Shown here one piece after another: positions 50,173-59,295 of a stretch of 64,000 nucleotides of DNA. The notes under the pieces were generated by a model, which was not told the origin of the DNA, searched no databases, and saw nothing but the letters and a program-made list of their open reading frames with translations. A program made the position numbers and the translations under genes. Source of the stretch: Fimbriimonadales bacterium (GTDB lineage Bacteria; Armatimonadota; Fimbriimonadia; Fimbriimonadales; ATM1); the NCBI GenBank assembly GCA_041744215.1, contig JBGTLG010000006.1, forward strand, positions 32,001 to 96,000, written 5' to 3'. Numbering within the stretch: position 1 is the stretch's first letter; each line of letters begins with the position of its first letter.

Positions 50173-50655
50173 ATGGCACAAGCGAATTCTGAAACGGCGA
50201 TCTTTGCTGCTGGCTGCTTCTGGGGAGTGGAACACCGGTTCAGGGAGACCGATGGCGTCCTCGACGCAATCAGCGGGTACATCGGAGGCAGCACGCTCAA
50301 CCCAACGTACAAGGAAGTTTGCTACGAAAACACGGGGCACGCGGAGGCGGTCCGCGTCACCTTCGATCCAACGCGCGTGACGTTCGATCAGCTTCTTGAC
50401 GTCTTCTTCTCGATTCACGACCCGACGACACTCAATCGACAGGGCCCGGACGTCGGCCACCAGTATCGATCCGCGGTCTTCTTTCTTTCGCAGGAACAGG
50501 CTACCAAAGCAAAAGAGGCCATCGACCGCTGGCGAGCGAACTTTTCGAAACCGATCGTCACTGAAGTAACCTCCGCGTCGGAGTTTTGGCCAGCAGAGGA
50601 GTATCACCAGCGATACTTCGAGAAAAACGGCATCTCCGGATGCGGTCTCAAGTAA
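50173..50655 (+). CDS. msrA: Peptide-methionine (S)-S-oxide reductase
   Basis: AAGCFWG, GHAEAV, NRQGPDVGHQYRS, AEEYHQ. Confidence 0.96.
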   Translation: MAQANSETAIFAAGCFWGVEHRFRETDGVLDAISGYIGGSTLNPTYKEVCYENTGHAEAVRVTFDPTRVTFDQLLDVFFSIHDPTTLNRQGPDVGHQYRSAVFFLSQEQATKAKEAIDRWRANFSKPIVTEVTSASEFWPAEEYHQRYFEKNGISGCGLK

Positions 50656-50678
50656 TCTTCACCAGTTAGGCACTCGTT

Positions 50679-51461
50679 ATGTACCCAGAACTTTTTCGCA
50701 TCTTTGGCTACCCAGTCACAACTTGGGGCTTGATGTTGCTCTTGGGCTTCGTCGCCGCGTACATCATGGTTCGAGCGCGTGCCGAGAAGTTCGGGATCCC
50801 GCGAGACAAGGTGATCGACCTGGTTCTCTACTCGATGCTCGCAGGCATCGTCGGCAGTCGCGTCGTGTTTGTCCTCCTTGAGTGGAATCACTACTCGCAA
50901 AACCTCAATCAAATCTGGGATGTGACGCAAGGAGGAATGACGTCCTTCGGTGGATACATCTTTGGCTTTATCGTATTAGTGATTTGGTCGCGAGTGAATA
51001 GGGTATCGCTTCTGCGCACCCTTGATCTCTCCATCGCTCCCTCTTTTCTGCTGATCGCTATCGGTCGCGTAGGCTGCTTCTTTAACGGGTGCTGTTTTGG
51101 CGCCCCAACGAATCTGCCGTGGGCGGTTAGCTTTCCGGATGCGGTCGGTCGTGTACACCCAGCACAGCTTTACGATTCAATGCTTGCGCTGTTCACGATG
51201 GCAGTCTTGCTCCTCGTTGAGCGCAGCTCCTTCGCAAAAACACCCGAAGGTCCTGCTCGCGGAAAGCTGTTTGCACTCGGCCTGATTCTGTTGGGCGTTA
51301 CGCGATACATCTATGAACTGTTTCGCGCAGGATCAAGCTCAGAGGTTGTTTGGAAAGCCGCGAACATGACGCTCGCGCAAATGACGTCGATTGCCATCGT
51401 TGTCTTGGGCGTCACACTTCTATTGCTGGTGCCCTCTCGTCGACCCGAGGCGAAGGAGTGA
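50679..51461 (+). CDS. lgt: Prolipoprotein diacylglyceryl transferase
   Basis: MYPELF, GGMTSFGG, AIGRVGCFFNGCCFG, HPAQLY. Confidence 0.9.
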   Translation: MYPELFRIFGYPVTTWGLMLLLGFVAAYIMVRARAEKFGIPRDKVIDLVLYSMLAGIVGSRVVFVLLEWNHYSQNLNQIWDVTQGGMTSFGGYIFGFIVLVIWSRVNRVSLLRTLDLSIAPSFLLIAIGRVGCFFNGCCFGAPTNLPWAVSFPDAVGRVHPAQLYDSMLALFTMAVLLLVERSSFAKTPEGPARGKLFALGLILLGVTRYIYELFRAGSSSEVVWKAANMTLAQMTSIAIVVLGVTLLLLVPSRRPEAKE

Positions 51462-52843
51462 CCGTCACCCTTCAGTTTCTTGGTGCGGCAGGGAGCGTAA
51501 CGGGCTCGAAGTTTCTGCTCTCAGTCGGTCGCCGAAAGTTCATGATCGACTGCGGGCTGTTTCAAGGACAAGATGAACTTAGGGAGCGCAATTGGCAGCC
51601 GTTGCCGGTTGAGCCGCGCGAGATTGAGAAGGTCATCCTCACGCATGCGCACATTGATCACATCGGCTACCTTCCGAAGCTGCACAAGGATGGCTTTTCC
51701 GGGCCTGCACTTTGCACACCAGGGACTGCAGAGATTACGCGGCTTAGCCTGCCAGACAGCGGCAGACTTCAAGAAGAATTTGCAGACTACGTCAATCGCA
51801 AGCAACTGACAAAACATAAACCTGCGTTGCCACTCTATGACGAGCGCGACGCGGTCGCCGCGGGCAAACTGCTTGAAGCACACGGCTACGACAAAGAGAT
51901 CTCCTTGGGCGGTGGCTGTGTCATTCGCTTCCGGCGGGCGGGACATATTCTTGGATCCGCTTTCGTCGAGTTCTTTCTGCCTGACGGACGACTCATTGTG
52001 TTCAGTGGCGATCTCGGTCGTCCCAACCAACCGATTATTCGAGATCCGGAACTACTCACTCACGCCGACTATCTGCTGATCGAAAGCACATACGGTGACC
52101 GAGTTCACCCAACGGATCCTGCGGAGCACGCGATTTCAAAACTGGTGAAGCATGTCTGCGAGACCGGTGGAATGCTCGTTATTCCCGCGTTCGCAATCGG
52201 TCGAACTCAAGACGTTCTGTATTATCTGCGCGACTTGGAAGAGCACGGTCATTGCGAATCAATACCCGTCTGGGTTGATAGCCCGATGGCAATTGACGCA
52301 ACGTCGATTTATGTGCGCAACCAAGACGATCACGATCTCGATATGGAAGCGCTGGTCGACGAAGGCCGCAATCCGCTGAGGGCGAAGAATGTCACCTTCG
52401 TCAGAGGTCGCGATCAATCGAAAGCGCTAAACAAGCGACACGGCCCGGGGATCATAATCTCGGCGAGCGGGATGGCCTCGGGAGGACGCATAACGCATCA
52501 CCTGCTGAATCGCTTGCCCGATGAAAGAAACGTTGTCCTATTCGTCGGCTTTCAGGCTGAAGGCACATTGGGGCGCAAGTTGGTCGATCGCGAGTTGCCG
52601 GTCAAGATACTTGGTCAAACTGTTGACGTCAAAGCGCGCGTCGAAATGCTCGCATCCCTCTCAGCACACGCCGACTCAAACGAAATCATGTCATGGCTTA
52701 CCGCATTCGAGTCCCCACCAAAGAAAACGTTTATCGTTCACGGCGAGCCGCCTGCAGCCGAAGCGCTTAAAGACCGCATCGATTCGGAGCTGACCTGGCA
52801 CACGGTCATCCCGCGCTACGGCGAAGAGTTTGTGCTCGATTAG
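51458..52843 (+). CDS. MBL-fold beta-CASP ribonuclease
   Basis: GAAGSVTGS, THAHIDH, AGHILGS, ESTYGDR, SAHAD, VHGE; GTG 51458. Confidence 0.92.
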   Translation: MTVTLQFLGAAGSVTGSKFLLSVGRRKFMIDCGLFQGQDELRERNWQPLPVEPREIEKVILTHAHIDHIGYLPKLHKDGFSGPALCTPGTAEITRLSLPDSGRLQEEFADYVNRKQLTKHKPALPLYDERDAVAAGKLLEAHGYDKEISLGGGCVIRFRRAGHILGSAFVEFFLPDGRLIVFSGDLGRPNQPIIRDPELLTHADYLLIESTYGDRVHPTDPAEHAISKLVKHVCETGGMLVIPAFAIGRTQDVLYYLRDLEEHGHCESIPVWVDSPMAIDATSIYVRNQDDHDLDMEALVDEGRNPLRAKNVTFVRGRDQSKALNKRHGPGIIISASGMASGGRITHHLLNRLPDERNVVLFVGFQAEGTLGRKLVDRELPVKILGQTVDVKARVEMLASLSAHADSNEIMSWLTAFESPPKKTFIVHGEPPAAEALKDRIDSELTWHTVIPRYGEEFVLD

Positions 52844-52871
52844 CGGTCTGTGCGAACTCTGGGCGCGTTGC

Positions 52872-52896
52872 GGAACTAAGCCCGCCCCGGCGCGTC
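52872..52896 (+). promoter_or_regulatory. Putative ECF sigma promoter (GGAAC-N16-CGTC)
   Basis: GGAACTAAGCCCGCCCCGGCGCGTC in the intergenic region upstream of the GNAT gene. Confidence 0.4.
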
Positions 52897-53013
52897 CCAC
52901 TATCACCTGCCTGACCGACAGGGCGGAAGGGGGCAACCCGGCCCGACGAGCAGAGTCTCGACGGATGCCGTTGCTGGGCTAGCCCCCGACCGCGCATAGG
53001 GTGTAATGCTCGC

Positions 53014-53457
53014 GTGGCCGAATGGACCCTTGACGAATTCACTCTTACCGACGACGCTTCTCGCATTGACATCGACGCGGTCGAGCGAATGCTCCGCAAG
53101 TCGTACTGGGCAAGCACTCGGGAGCGCAATGTCATCGAGCAATCTCTCAACGCTTCGTTCGTGCTGAGCCTCTATCGAGGCAGTGAAATGGTGGGCATGG
53201 CGCGAGCAATCTCCGACTACTGCACCTTTGCCTGGCTGTGCGACGTGTTCATAGAAGACCAAGCGCGCGGACGAGGGCTGAGCAAATGGATGATGGATGT
53301 GCTTTTCTCTCACCCGGCGTTCGCGCCTACGACGCGGTGGGTGTTGGCTACGCGAGATGCGCACGGACTGTATCGCAAGTACGGCTTCATCGATGCTCAA
53401 CCAAAAAGGTGGATGGTCAAAGGCTTCGCAGTGTTAGATCCTTGCGATCCAGCGTAA
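53014..53457 (+). CDS. GNAT family N-acetyltransferase
   Basis: SYWA, ARAISD..TFAWLCDVF, RGRGLSK, LATRDAHGLYRKYGF. Confidence 0.92.
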   Translation: MAEWTLDEFTLTDDASRIDIDAVERMLRKSYWASTRERNVIEQSLNASFVLSLYRGSEMVGMARAISDYCTFAWLCDVFIEDQARGRGLSKWMMDVLFSHPAFAPTTRWVLATRDAHGLYRKYGFIDAQPKRWMVKGFAVLDPCDPA

Positions 53458-53496
53458 GATTTGCAGGTTCAAGTGTCCGTGTTTGCTCGAATCGAG

Positions 53497-54446
53497 CTAC
53501 TTCCTCCACATGCGGATGCTGACAAAAACGAGCGCTGCGAGCCCTAAAACTGCGATCGCAAAGGGTATGAACGACCTGCTGTTCTCGGCGGTTTCCGCAG
53601 CGGTTTCACGTGGTGGCGGCACGCCTTTGTTCGGTTGCTGTTCGACCTGCGACTGTCGATGCTCCGAGGGTCCGGTTAGTTGGTTGATCACGTCGCCCGT
53701 AACACTGTCGATGAAGATTCCGGCCCTGTCCCCTCTTCTGACAAACGAATACACAAGCCGCTGGATCTTCTGTCCTGCAAGCTGGCGGATGGCCTGCGAG
53801 TGTCGCGGGCTTGATCCAGCCCAGTACACAAGCGACCCTCTCCAATCTTCCGGCGCTCCTCCCATCCGTTCGGATGCGATGACTTTCGCTTGCGATTCAG
53901 ATATCTGGATGTTAGGCGGCTCAAACGTCCAGCCAGATGAAATGCTGAGGTCGAGCACGGCGCCATCCCGCTTTTGAAAGGTGACGGTTGCGGTGTTGCC
54001 GGTGTCTGCTGGGTAGCCATGCGGGCGCGGGCGGAAGTAACAGCGAGTTACTGGTACCGCGTCAGTACCCTCTTTGATTTGATAGCGTAGCAGCCCCTCA
54101 GGGGTCTCGAATCGAGCCAGGAGCGCCTCTGCTGCTTGCCAAGCATCCTCTTCGCTTGGAAAGTGCCCTGTCCCGGATCGATCCGGACTGCGCCGCGCAT
54201 CTGTATAGTAACGAAACCTGCCATCCGGATACAGCGACACCCAGACATTGCCGTCCAAGAACACTTCGATGCTTGTTTTGGGGGTTCGCCAATCCGCGCG
54301 ACTTGGACTGGTCGCTCAACGATTGGCGAGCCTGGGATTCTCGAGGCGAACTCTCGCGCAAGCTCGAATGCTTGCTCGTCACTGATCTGTGCAACTGCGT
54401 TCGCGCTTGTCAGCAATAAGGCAGCAAGAAGAACATTCCATTTCAT
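53497..54446 (-). pseudogene. Secreted, C-terminally anchored PepSY-like protein B2, split by a -1 frameshift at 54276-54284
   Basis: N-terminal part (MKWNVLL...AQISDEQA) and C-terminal part (FLDGNV...RPHGY...SSGWTFEPPNI...IDSVTGDV) are in different frames but together are colinear with paralog 54770-55759. Confidence 0.8.
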
Positions 54447-54456
54447 CAGTTTTTCC

Positions 54457-54543
54457 TCACAATGGCCGATTCCAGCCGACAGGCAACACATTAGTTCCAG
54501 TATAGACAGTCTTGATTCGGCAGTCGAGTGTCCATGTCTGCCC
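54457..54543 (-). pseudogene. C-terminal remnant of a paralog of gene A (55776-56855)
   Basis: CRIKTVYTGTNVLPVGWNRPL* versus gene A end CRIKSVYTGTNTPPMGWYRQI*. Confidence 0.8.
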
Positions 54544-54596
54544 GGATCGGGCTACTTTCCGTGCGGCTCCTAACAGTATAAGTGTACACAGGCAGG

Positions 54597-54746
54597 TGGT
54601 CTGCTCCCCAAATCTGACGACGTTTTGAGAGTAGTCTTTTCCCCATTGGTCTGCCCCCTGTTTCTGGACATGAAAGTGAGTTAGCCAACCGCCTTTTGGT
54701 CTGCCCCCTGTTTCTGGACATGAAAGTGAGTTAGCCAACCGTCTTT
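54597..54746 (+). repeat. Three 50-bp units beginning TGGTCTGC, resembling IS3-family terminal inverted repeats
   Basis: Units at 54597, 54647, 54697; units 2 and 3 differ at one base; TG..CTGCCCC....TGGACA pattern is IS3-end-like; no transposase present. Confidence 0.7.
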
Positions 54747-54769
54747 CAGGAGGTGGGTTTACCTCCGGG

Positions 54770-55759
54770 TTAGCTGCTGCGTCGACGGAAGAACCAGAAG
54801 GCGGTGCCTGCTATGAACGCGGCTATTGAGGCATAAGCCAGATACAGCACGTCGCCCGCGCGATCTTGCGAAGGCGTATGTGACGCGCTCCCCGAGCCTG
54901 CATCTGGACCGCCACCTCCATGCGGCTCAACTTGATTACGACTTCGCGCAGTGTCATACATCGAAGTCGATCCGGTTTCTCCATAGGTCAGCACCTGACC
55001 CGTTACGCTGTCGATTTGAACGGAATAGACTCTGCTTTGCGTCTCTCGCCACAGCGAGTAACAAAGGCGCTGGATCTTGTTTGCAGCCATTTCGCGCATA
55101 TAGGACGGCATACTGTGGTTTGACCCGACCAAGTAAACGAGCTTAGAATGCCACTCTTCGATTGAGCCGCCATAGATTTCCCGAGCTTTCGAGACGGCTT
55201 GCTCATGAGTTACTCGAATGTTTGGCGGCTCGTAGGCCCACCCAGAGGAGATGCTGACCCGCACCGGGGTTCCGTCGTTTTGGTCTAGGCAGACGTTTGC
55301 TGTGTTTCCAGCCGAGGATTCATAGCCGTGTGGCCTGACGTTGAAGTAGCAGTAAACGACCGCAGGACTATAAGCCTTCGATGCCTCTCGAACCAAACGA
55401 GCTCGCGCAATTCCACTGGGTGTATCGAATCTGGCCAGTATCGATTCAGCCGCTACCCAGGCGGATTCGTCATCAAACAGTTTATCTTGTTGCCGAGAGT
55501 TGCTGATTCGCCTTCGGGAGTCATCGTAGCTCGCGAAAGTGCCGTCCGTTCCCATGATGATGTTGACCATTCCATCAAGCGTCACGGAAATCGCCGGCAG
55601 ATCCGTATGTCTATAGACGACGATGTTAAGCCCTTCAACCGACGACCCAACTCTCTCTGCGTAGAGCAAGGCTCGCGATTTTGCAGTTTCATCGTCGATT
55701 TGCGCGATTCCGAGCGTTGCAAGGAAGGCCAAAAGGATAATCGAGTAAACGACCTTCAT
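54770..55759 (-). CDS. Secreted, C-terminally anchored PepSY-like protein B1
   Basis: GAGG RBS, signal peptide, IDSVTGQVL motif, C-terminal TM plus RRR tail. Confidence 0.75.
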   Translation of the reverse strand: MKVVYSIILLAFLATLGIAQIDDETAKSRALLYAERVGSSVEGLNIVVYRHTDLPAISVTLDGMVNIIMGTDGTFASYDDSRRRISNSRQQDKLFDDESAWVAAESILARFDTPSGIARARLVREASKAYSPAVVYCYFNVRPHGYESSAGNTANVCLDQNDGTPVRVSISSGWAYEPPNIRVTHEQAVSKAREIYGGSIEEWHSKLVYLVGSNHSMPSYMREMAANKIQRLCYSLWRETQSRVYSVQIDSVTGQVLTYGETGSTSMYDTARSRNQVEPHGGGGPDAGSGSASHTPSQDRAGDVLYLAYASIAAFIAGTAFWFFRRRSS

Positions 55760-55775
55760 GTGCTTCACCTCTTCA

Positions 55776-56855
55776 CTATATCTGTCGATACCAACCCATT
55801 GGCGGGGTGTTTGTTCCAGTATAGACAGACTTAATGCGGCAGGCTCCCATGTCGGGCCCATGAAACAGAACTAAGTCGCCTGGAACCATTTGCCGCGGGG
55901 CACCGCCAATGTCCATTGCCCAATAGGAGAGGATCCCTTGGTCAAGCATGTAATTGAACCACTCTTGCGTTTTCTTAGCGGTCCATCCAGACACCATTCT
56001 CGGCCATACAACTTCCGCCAAAGAGGCATATTCATTGAGAAGAATGTAAACTTTGTAAGCAAACATTGCCTGGTTTTCAAGCAATAGACCTCCCCAGCCC
56101 ATTTCGTACGGAAAAAGACTTTTCATGAACGTATCATCAACACCGCAATTGCATGCCATGAGGTGAAAGAAATTGATAGAAGGTGCACCTGTGTTGAACG
56201 GAGGAAGCCCTTGTCCGATTTGATCGATTCGCGTCGAATGGTAATCGTTACCACCAATGCCGGTGTCATCCCCCGCATTGTGAATTGACGGAGCGCCATG
56301 GGTGGCGCAGAAGGCAACATTCACTCCGTTCATGTTTGCGAAGTACTGCTCTGGTGTCCATTGACCTCCATTCTGTACTGACAACCAGTAGTTCTTGCCC
56401 GACATCTGATCAAGTACGAGAAGCGAAGGGTCAGGCGAAATCCCGGTGTCTGGATGCTCGTACACCATCGCCTGATTCCACAGCATCCGTGATCGGGATG
56501 CAGAGTACCATTGCTGAGTATACAAGCCGTAAACCCAGAACCTAACCTCCAACTCTGATACCGACGGCCAATGGCTGCTGTCAAACATCACCGCGAGCGT
56601 CGTGGACATGACGAACGGCTCCTCCGGTTCCCACCCGTAGTGATATTCTGCAACCAGTTCGCCATTTAGTCTGAGCTCTGCGTGCAAGATCGGCTCGCCG
56701 ATCTGTGCGCTCCCGCTCGCCCGGCAGTTGGTGCCTGAAAAATAGTTCGGCATCGGCCCACCGCCCGCCGGAACGTGAATGCCGAACCCGCCTGGTTGAG
56801 CTCCGGCGACAGCCGCCAGCCAGCAGGCCGCGACTACGCTCATCAGTTTCCACAT
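55776..56855 (-). CDS. Secreted protein A with His-Gly/Ala-Cys motifs (clan CD peptidase/DUF6345-like)
   Basis: GGAGG RBS, signal peptide, VAFCATHG and FFHLMACNCG motifs; family call is tentative. Confidence 0.55.
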   Translation of the reverse strand: MWKLMSVVAACWLAAVAGAQPGGFGIHVPAGGGPMPNYFSGTNCRASGSAQIGEPILHAELRLNGELVAEYHYGWEPEEPFVMSTTLAVMFDSSHWPSVSELEVRFWVYGLYTQQWYSASRSRMLWNQAMVYEHPDTGISPDPSLLVLDQMSGKNYWLSVQNGGQWTPEQYFANMNGVNVAFCATHGAPSIHNAGDDTGIGGNDYHSTRIDQIGQGLPPFNTGAPSINFFHLMACNCGVDDTFMKSLFPYEMGWGGLLLENQAMFAYKVYILLNEYASLAEVVWPRMVSGWTAKKTQEWFNYMLDQGILSYWAMDIGGAPRQMVPGDLVLFHGPDMGACRIKSVYTGTNTPPMGWYRQI

Positions 56856-57019
56856 ATCCTACACCTCCATCCGGTTTCCTACCTCGGACAGTAACAGTAC
56901 AAACCTGAAACAAAAAGTGAACACCCGTATTAATACCAGGTTTATTCGACGGCCACCGGGATGATGCGATCGAACTGGATGGTTGACTTTTGCCATACAA
57001 GCGGCCTTAGTCGCGAATC

Positions 57020-57895
57020 ATGTCAACTTCAATCGAAACCAAAAGGCGGCTGGGAGCCGCCACGAAACCTGGGCAGGACATTCCAGGAGCGAAGGAAGAG
57101 ACGCCGGCATCCGAACGGCGGACCAGAGCAAAGAGCGTCATCGACAAATCGGATATGACCCCTGGCGACCCGCGTGCGATCCTCGACCAAGCCGCGAGCG
57201 GTGAAAACACCGAATGGGTCGAACGCCGAGCAAAGCTGTTCGAGTGCGGTGAGTATTCCGACCGAGGACTCAACGTTTCGCCTGACCACCTTCAAAAGAT
57301 GGCAATGAACTTTGACGCGCCGGTGCCGGTGTTGATCGAACACACCGAGTCGCCGTTCAGGCTCGGATATCTCACCGACGTCGAAGCGCTTGGACCGGAG
57401 CTGTTTGGAACACTCTCGCTGACGAAAGAGGCGAACGATCTCATCGAGACATCCGGCTCGAAGTCGCTCAGCATCAGCGTCGCAAACTCGCTCGACAAAA
57501 TCTACGAAGTCAGTATCGTAGGCAATCCTCGAGTGGAAAGCGCGAGGCTGTTTTGTGAGAACTTTCGAGATGAAACGACCTCGAACCGGTGGAAACTCGA
57601 AGCGCTCCAACTGCGCCAACGCATTGACAAAGAGGAAACCGAGAAGTGCGTCGCATCGTTCGGATTGCCGCCCGCAGTCAAGTCTAAAGCCATCGCATTG
57701 CTCGAAGCGGCATCAGAAGCCTCGATTAAAGAACGCACGCTTGCTCTGCTATCGGCGCTTCCGAAACTCCTCCACTTTGGTGAACTTGCGCCATCTGGAC
57801 CAGCTACTTCACACGACCTAACCGCCGAGGAAGCGCATTTCTACGCAGAGCACTTTCCAGGCATCGATCCACGCGACATCGCGAAGAGGAGGTAA
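57020..57895 (+). CDS. Mu gpI-like prohead protease/scaffold
   Basis: LF..G.Y, PVLIEH, LGYL, LTKEANDLI, SLS, VSIVGNP then a helical scaffold-like tail; directly upstream of capsid genes; start may be 57155. Confidence 0.7.
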   Translation: MSTSIETKRRLGAATKPGQDIPGAKEETPASERRTRAKSVIDKSDMTPGDPRAILDQAASGENTEWVERRAKLFECGEYSDRGLNVSPDHLQKMAMNFDAPVPVLIEHTESPFRLGYLTDVEALGPELFGTLSLTKEANDLIETSGSKSLSISVANSLDKIYEVSIVGNPRVESARLFCENFRDETTSNRWKLEALQLRQRIDKEETEKCVASFGLPPAVKSKAIALLEAASEASIKERTLALLSALPKLLHFGELAPSGPATSHDLTAEEAHFYAEHFPGIDPRDIAKRR

Positions 57896-57898
57896 CGA

Positions 57899-58333
57899 AT
57901 GGCAGCATTAGCCAATGCATTCGAGGCATTTCCGAAGCCGACGATCATTGTCAATTACAAGATCGCAGCATCCACAACTATCTATAAGGGGGCGCTTGTC
58001 GGTGTGAGCGCAACCGGCTATCTCGTTCCAATCAGTCATGCCGTCGCAAATCTAAAGTTTGTCGGCATTGCAGAGGAAACAGTTGAGAACGGCGGAGCCA
58101 ACGGCGACAAAAGCTGTCGCGTCTCAAAATCTGGAGGCGGAGTCTTTGTTGACCTTTCCACAACGACTCAGGCGAGCATCGGAGCCGAGGTTTATGCGAA
58201 GACGGACAATGAGCTTCAGATCGACACGACTGGGCTGACGAACGAATACAAAGTGGGCACGATCGTCGCGCTCGAACAAACATCCACCGGAGTCGCGGGA
58301 CTGCGAATTCGGATCGACAGACACACAACTTAG
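57899..58333 (+). CDS. Capsid decoration/cement-like protein
   Basis: IAASTTIYKGALV...GYLVP...FVGIAEETVEN, IGAEVYA; sits between protease and capsid genes; GGAGG RBS. Confidence 0.7.
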   Translation: MAALANAFEAFPKPTIIVNYKIAASTTIYKGALVGVSATGYLVPISHAVANLKFVGIAEETVENGGANGDKSCRVSKSGGGVFVDLSTTTQASIGAEVYAKTDNELQIDTTGLTNEYKVGTIVALEQTSTGVAGLRIRIDRHTT

Positions 58334-58346
58334 GAGGAAGAAACTC

Positions 58347-59285
58347 ATGCCAATCACAAAAAGCGACATTCCCAATCTGCTTCTGCCTGGACTTCGCACG
58401 GAGTTCGATCTCGCGTATCGAAAGCGGTCTGAAACTGGTGTAGCACAGCAAATTGCGTCAGTTATCAACACGACAATTCCCCAACAGAGATACGCTTGGC
58501 TCGGCAGCACGCCGACGATGAATGAGTTCGTCGACGAGCGAAAACCCAGCGGGATGACCGAATACAGCTACGCAATCGAAGACAAAACCTTCGAGGCCAG
58601 CATCGCCGTGGATCGCAAGGCAGTCGAAGACGACCAATATGATCTGATAAGGCTCCGCGTACGAGAACTCGCGGATCGCGTAGCGGAACATCAGCATAAG
58701 CTGTGCGTGGAGGCTCTCGCAAACGGTTTTACCGACGAGGGGTACGACGGGCTTTCGTTCTTCAACTCCGCGCATCCGACTTTTCCGGGCGGCACCTACT
58801 CGAACCAAACTAGCACCGCGTTGGATGCGACCACGATCTCATCGGCTGTCAGCAGCATGATGCTCGTCCCGGACGACCGAGGCGAGCCTCTCGGCGTCGT
58901 CCCAGACACACTGCTCGTCGGACCGAAACTGCAGTGGAGCGCGATTGAATTGATCGAGAGCCCTGTCGTTGTCTACAAAGGCAACGGCGTAGACTCGGTC
59001 CCGAGCACACCCTACAAGAACGCGTTTCAAGGCAAGCTGAAGTTGGTCGTTTCACCGTACCTGCGCGAGGACTTCGAAGACTACTGGTTCCTGATGGACA
59101 CGTCGCGAGCGATGCGCGGGATCATTCTCCAGCAAAGGAGCGACGTTCCAGTCGAATTCACCGCGATGGATAGCGGCAACTCAAGCGAATCTGCTTGGTG
59201 GCATGACCGCTATTTCTATGGTGTGCGTGGTCGATACAACGTTGGTTACGGTCTTTGGCAAACCGCGTTCGGATCGACTGGATAA
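58347..59285 (+). CDS. Mu-like gpT major capsid protein (HK97 fold)
   Basis: YAWLGSTPTMNEF..ER, FEASIAVDR..VEDD, YDG..FF...H, PDTLLVGP.L, YGVRGRYNVGYGLWQ.A.GS. Confidence 0.9.
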   Translation: MPITKSDIPNLLLPGLRTEFDLAYRKRSETGVAQQIASVINTTIPQQRYAWLGSTPTMNEFVDERKPSGMTEYSYAIEDKTFEASIAVDRKAVEDDQYDLIRLRVRELADRVAEHQHKLCVEALANGFTDEGYDGLSFFNSAHPTFPGGTYSNQTSTALDATTISSAVSSMMLVPDDRGEPLGVVPDTLLVGPKLQWSAIELIESPVVVYKGNGVDSVPSTPYKNAFQGKLKLVVSPYLREDFEDYWFLMDTSRAMRGIILQQRSDVPVEFTAMDSGNSSESAWWHDRYFYGVRGRYNVGYGLWQTAFGSTG

Positions 59286-59295
59286 GGGGGAACAG

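Noticed and set aside
54597-54746. Possible mini-CRISPR array or intact IS element
   Set aside because: Units 2 and 3 are nearly identical over their whole length, so there are no distinct spacers; no transposase ORF or opposing inverted repeat was seen.
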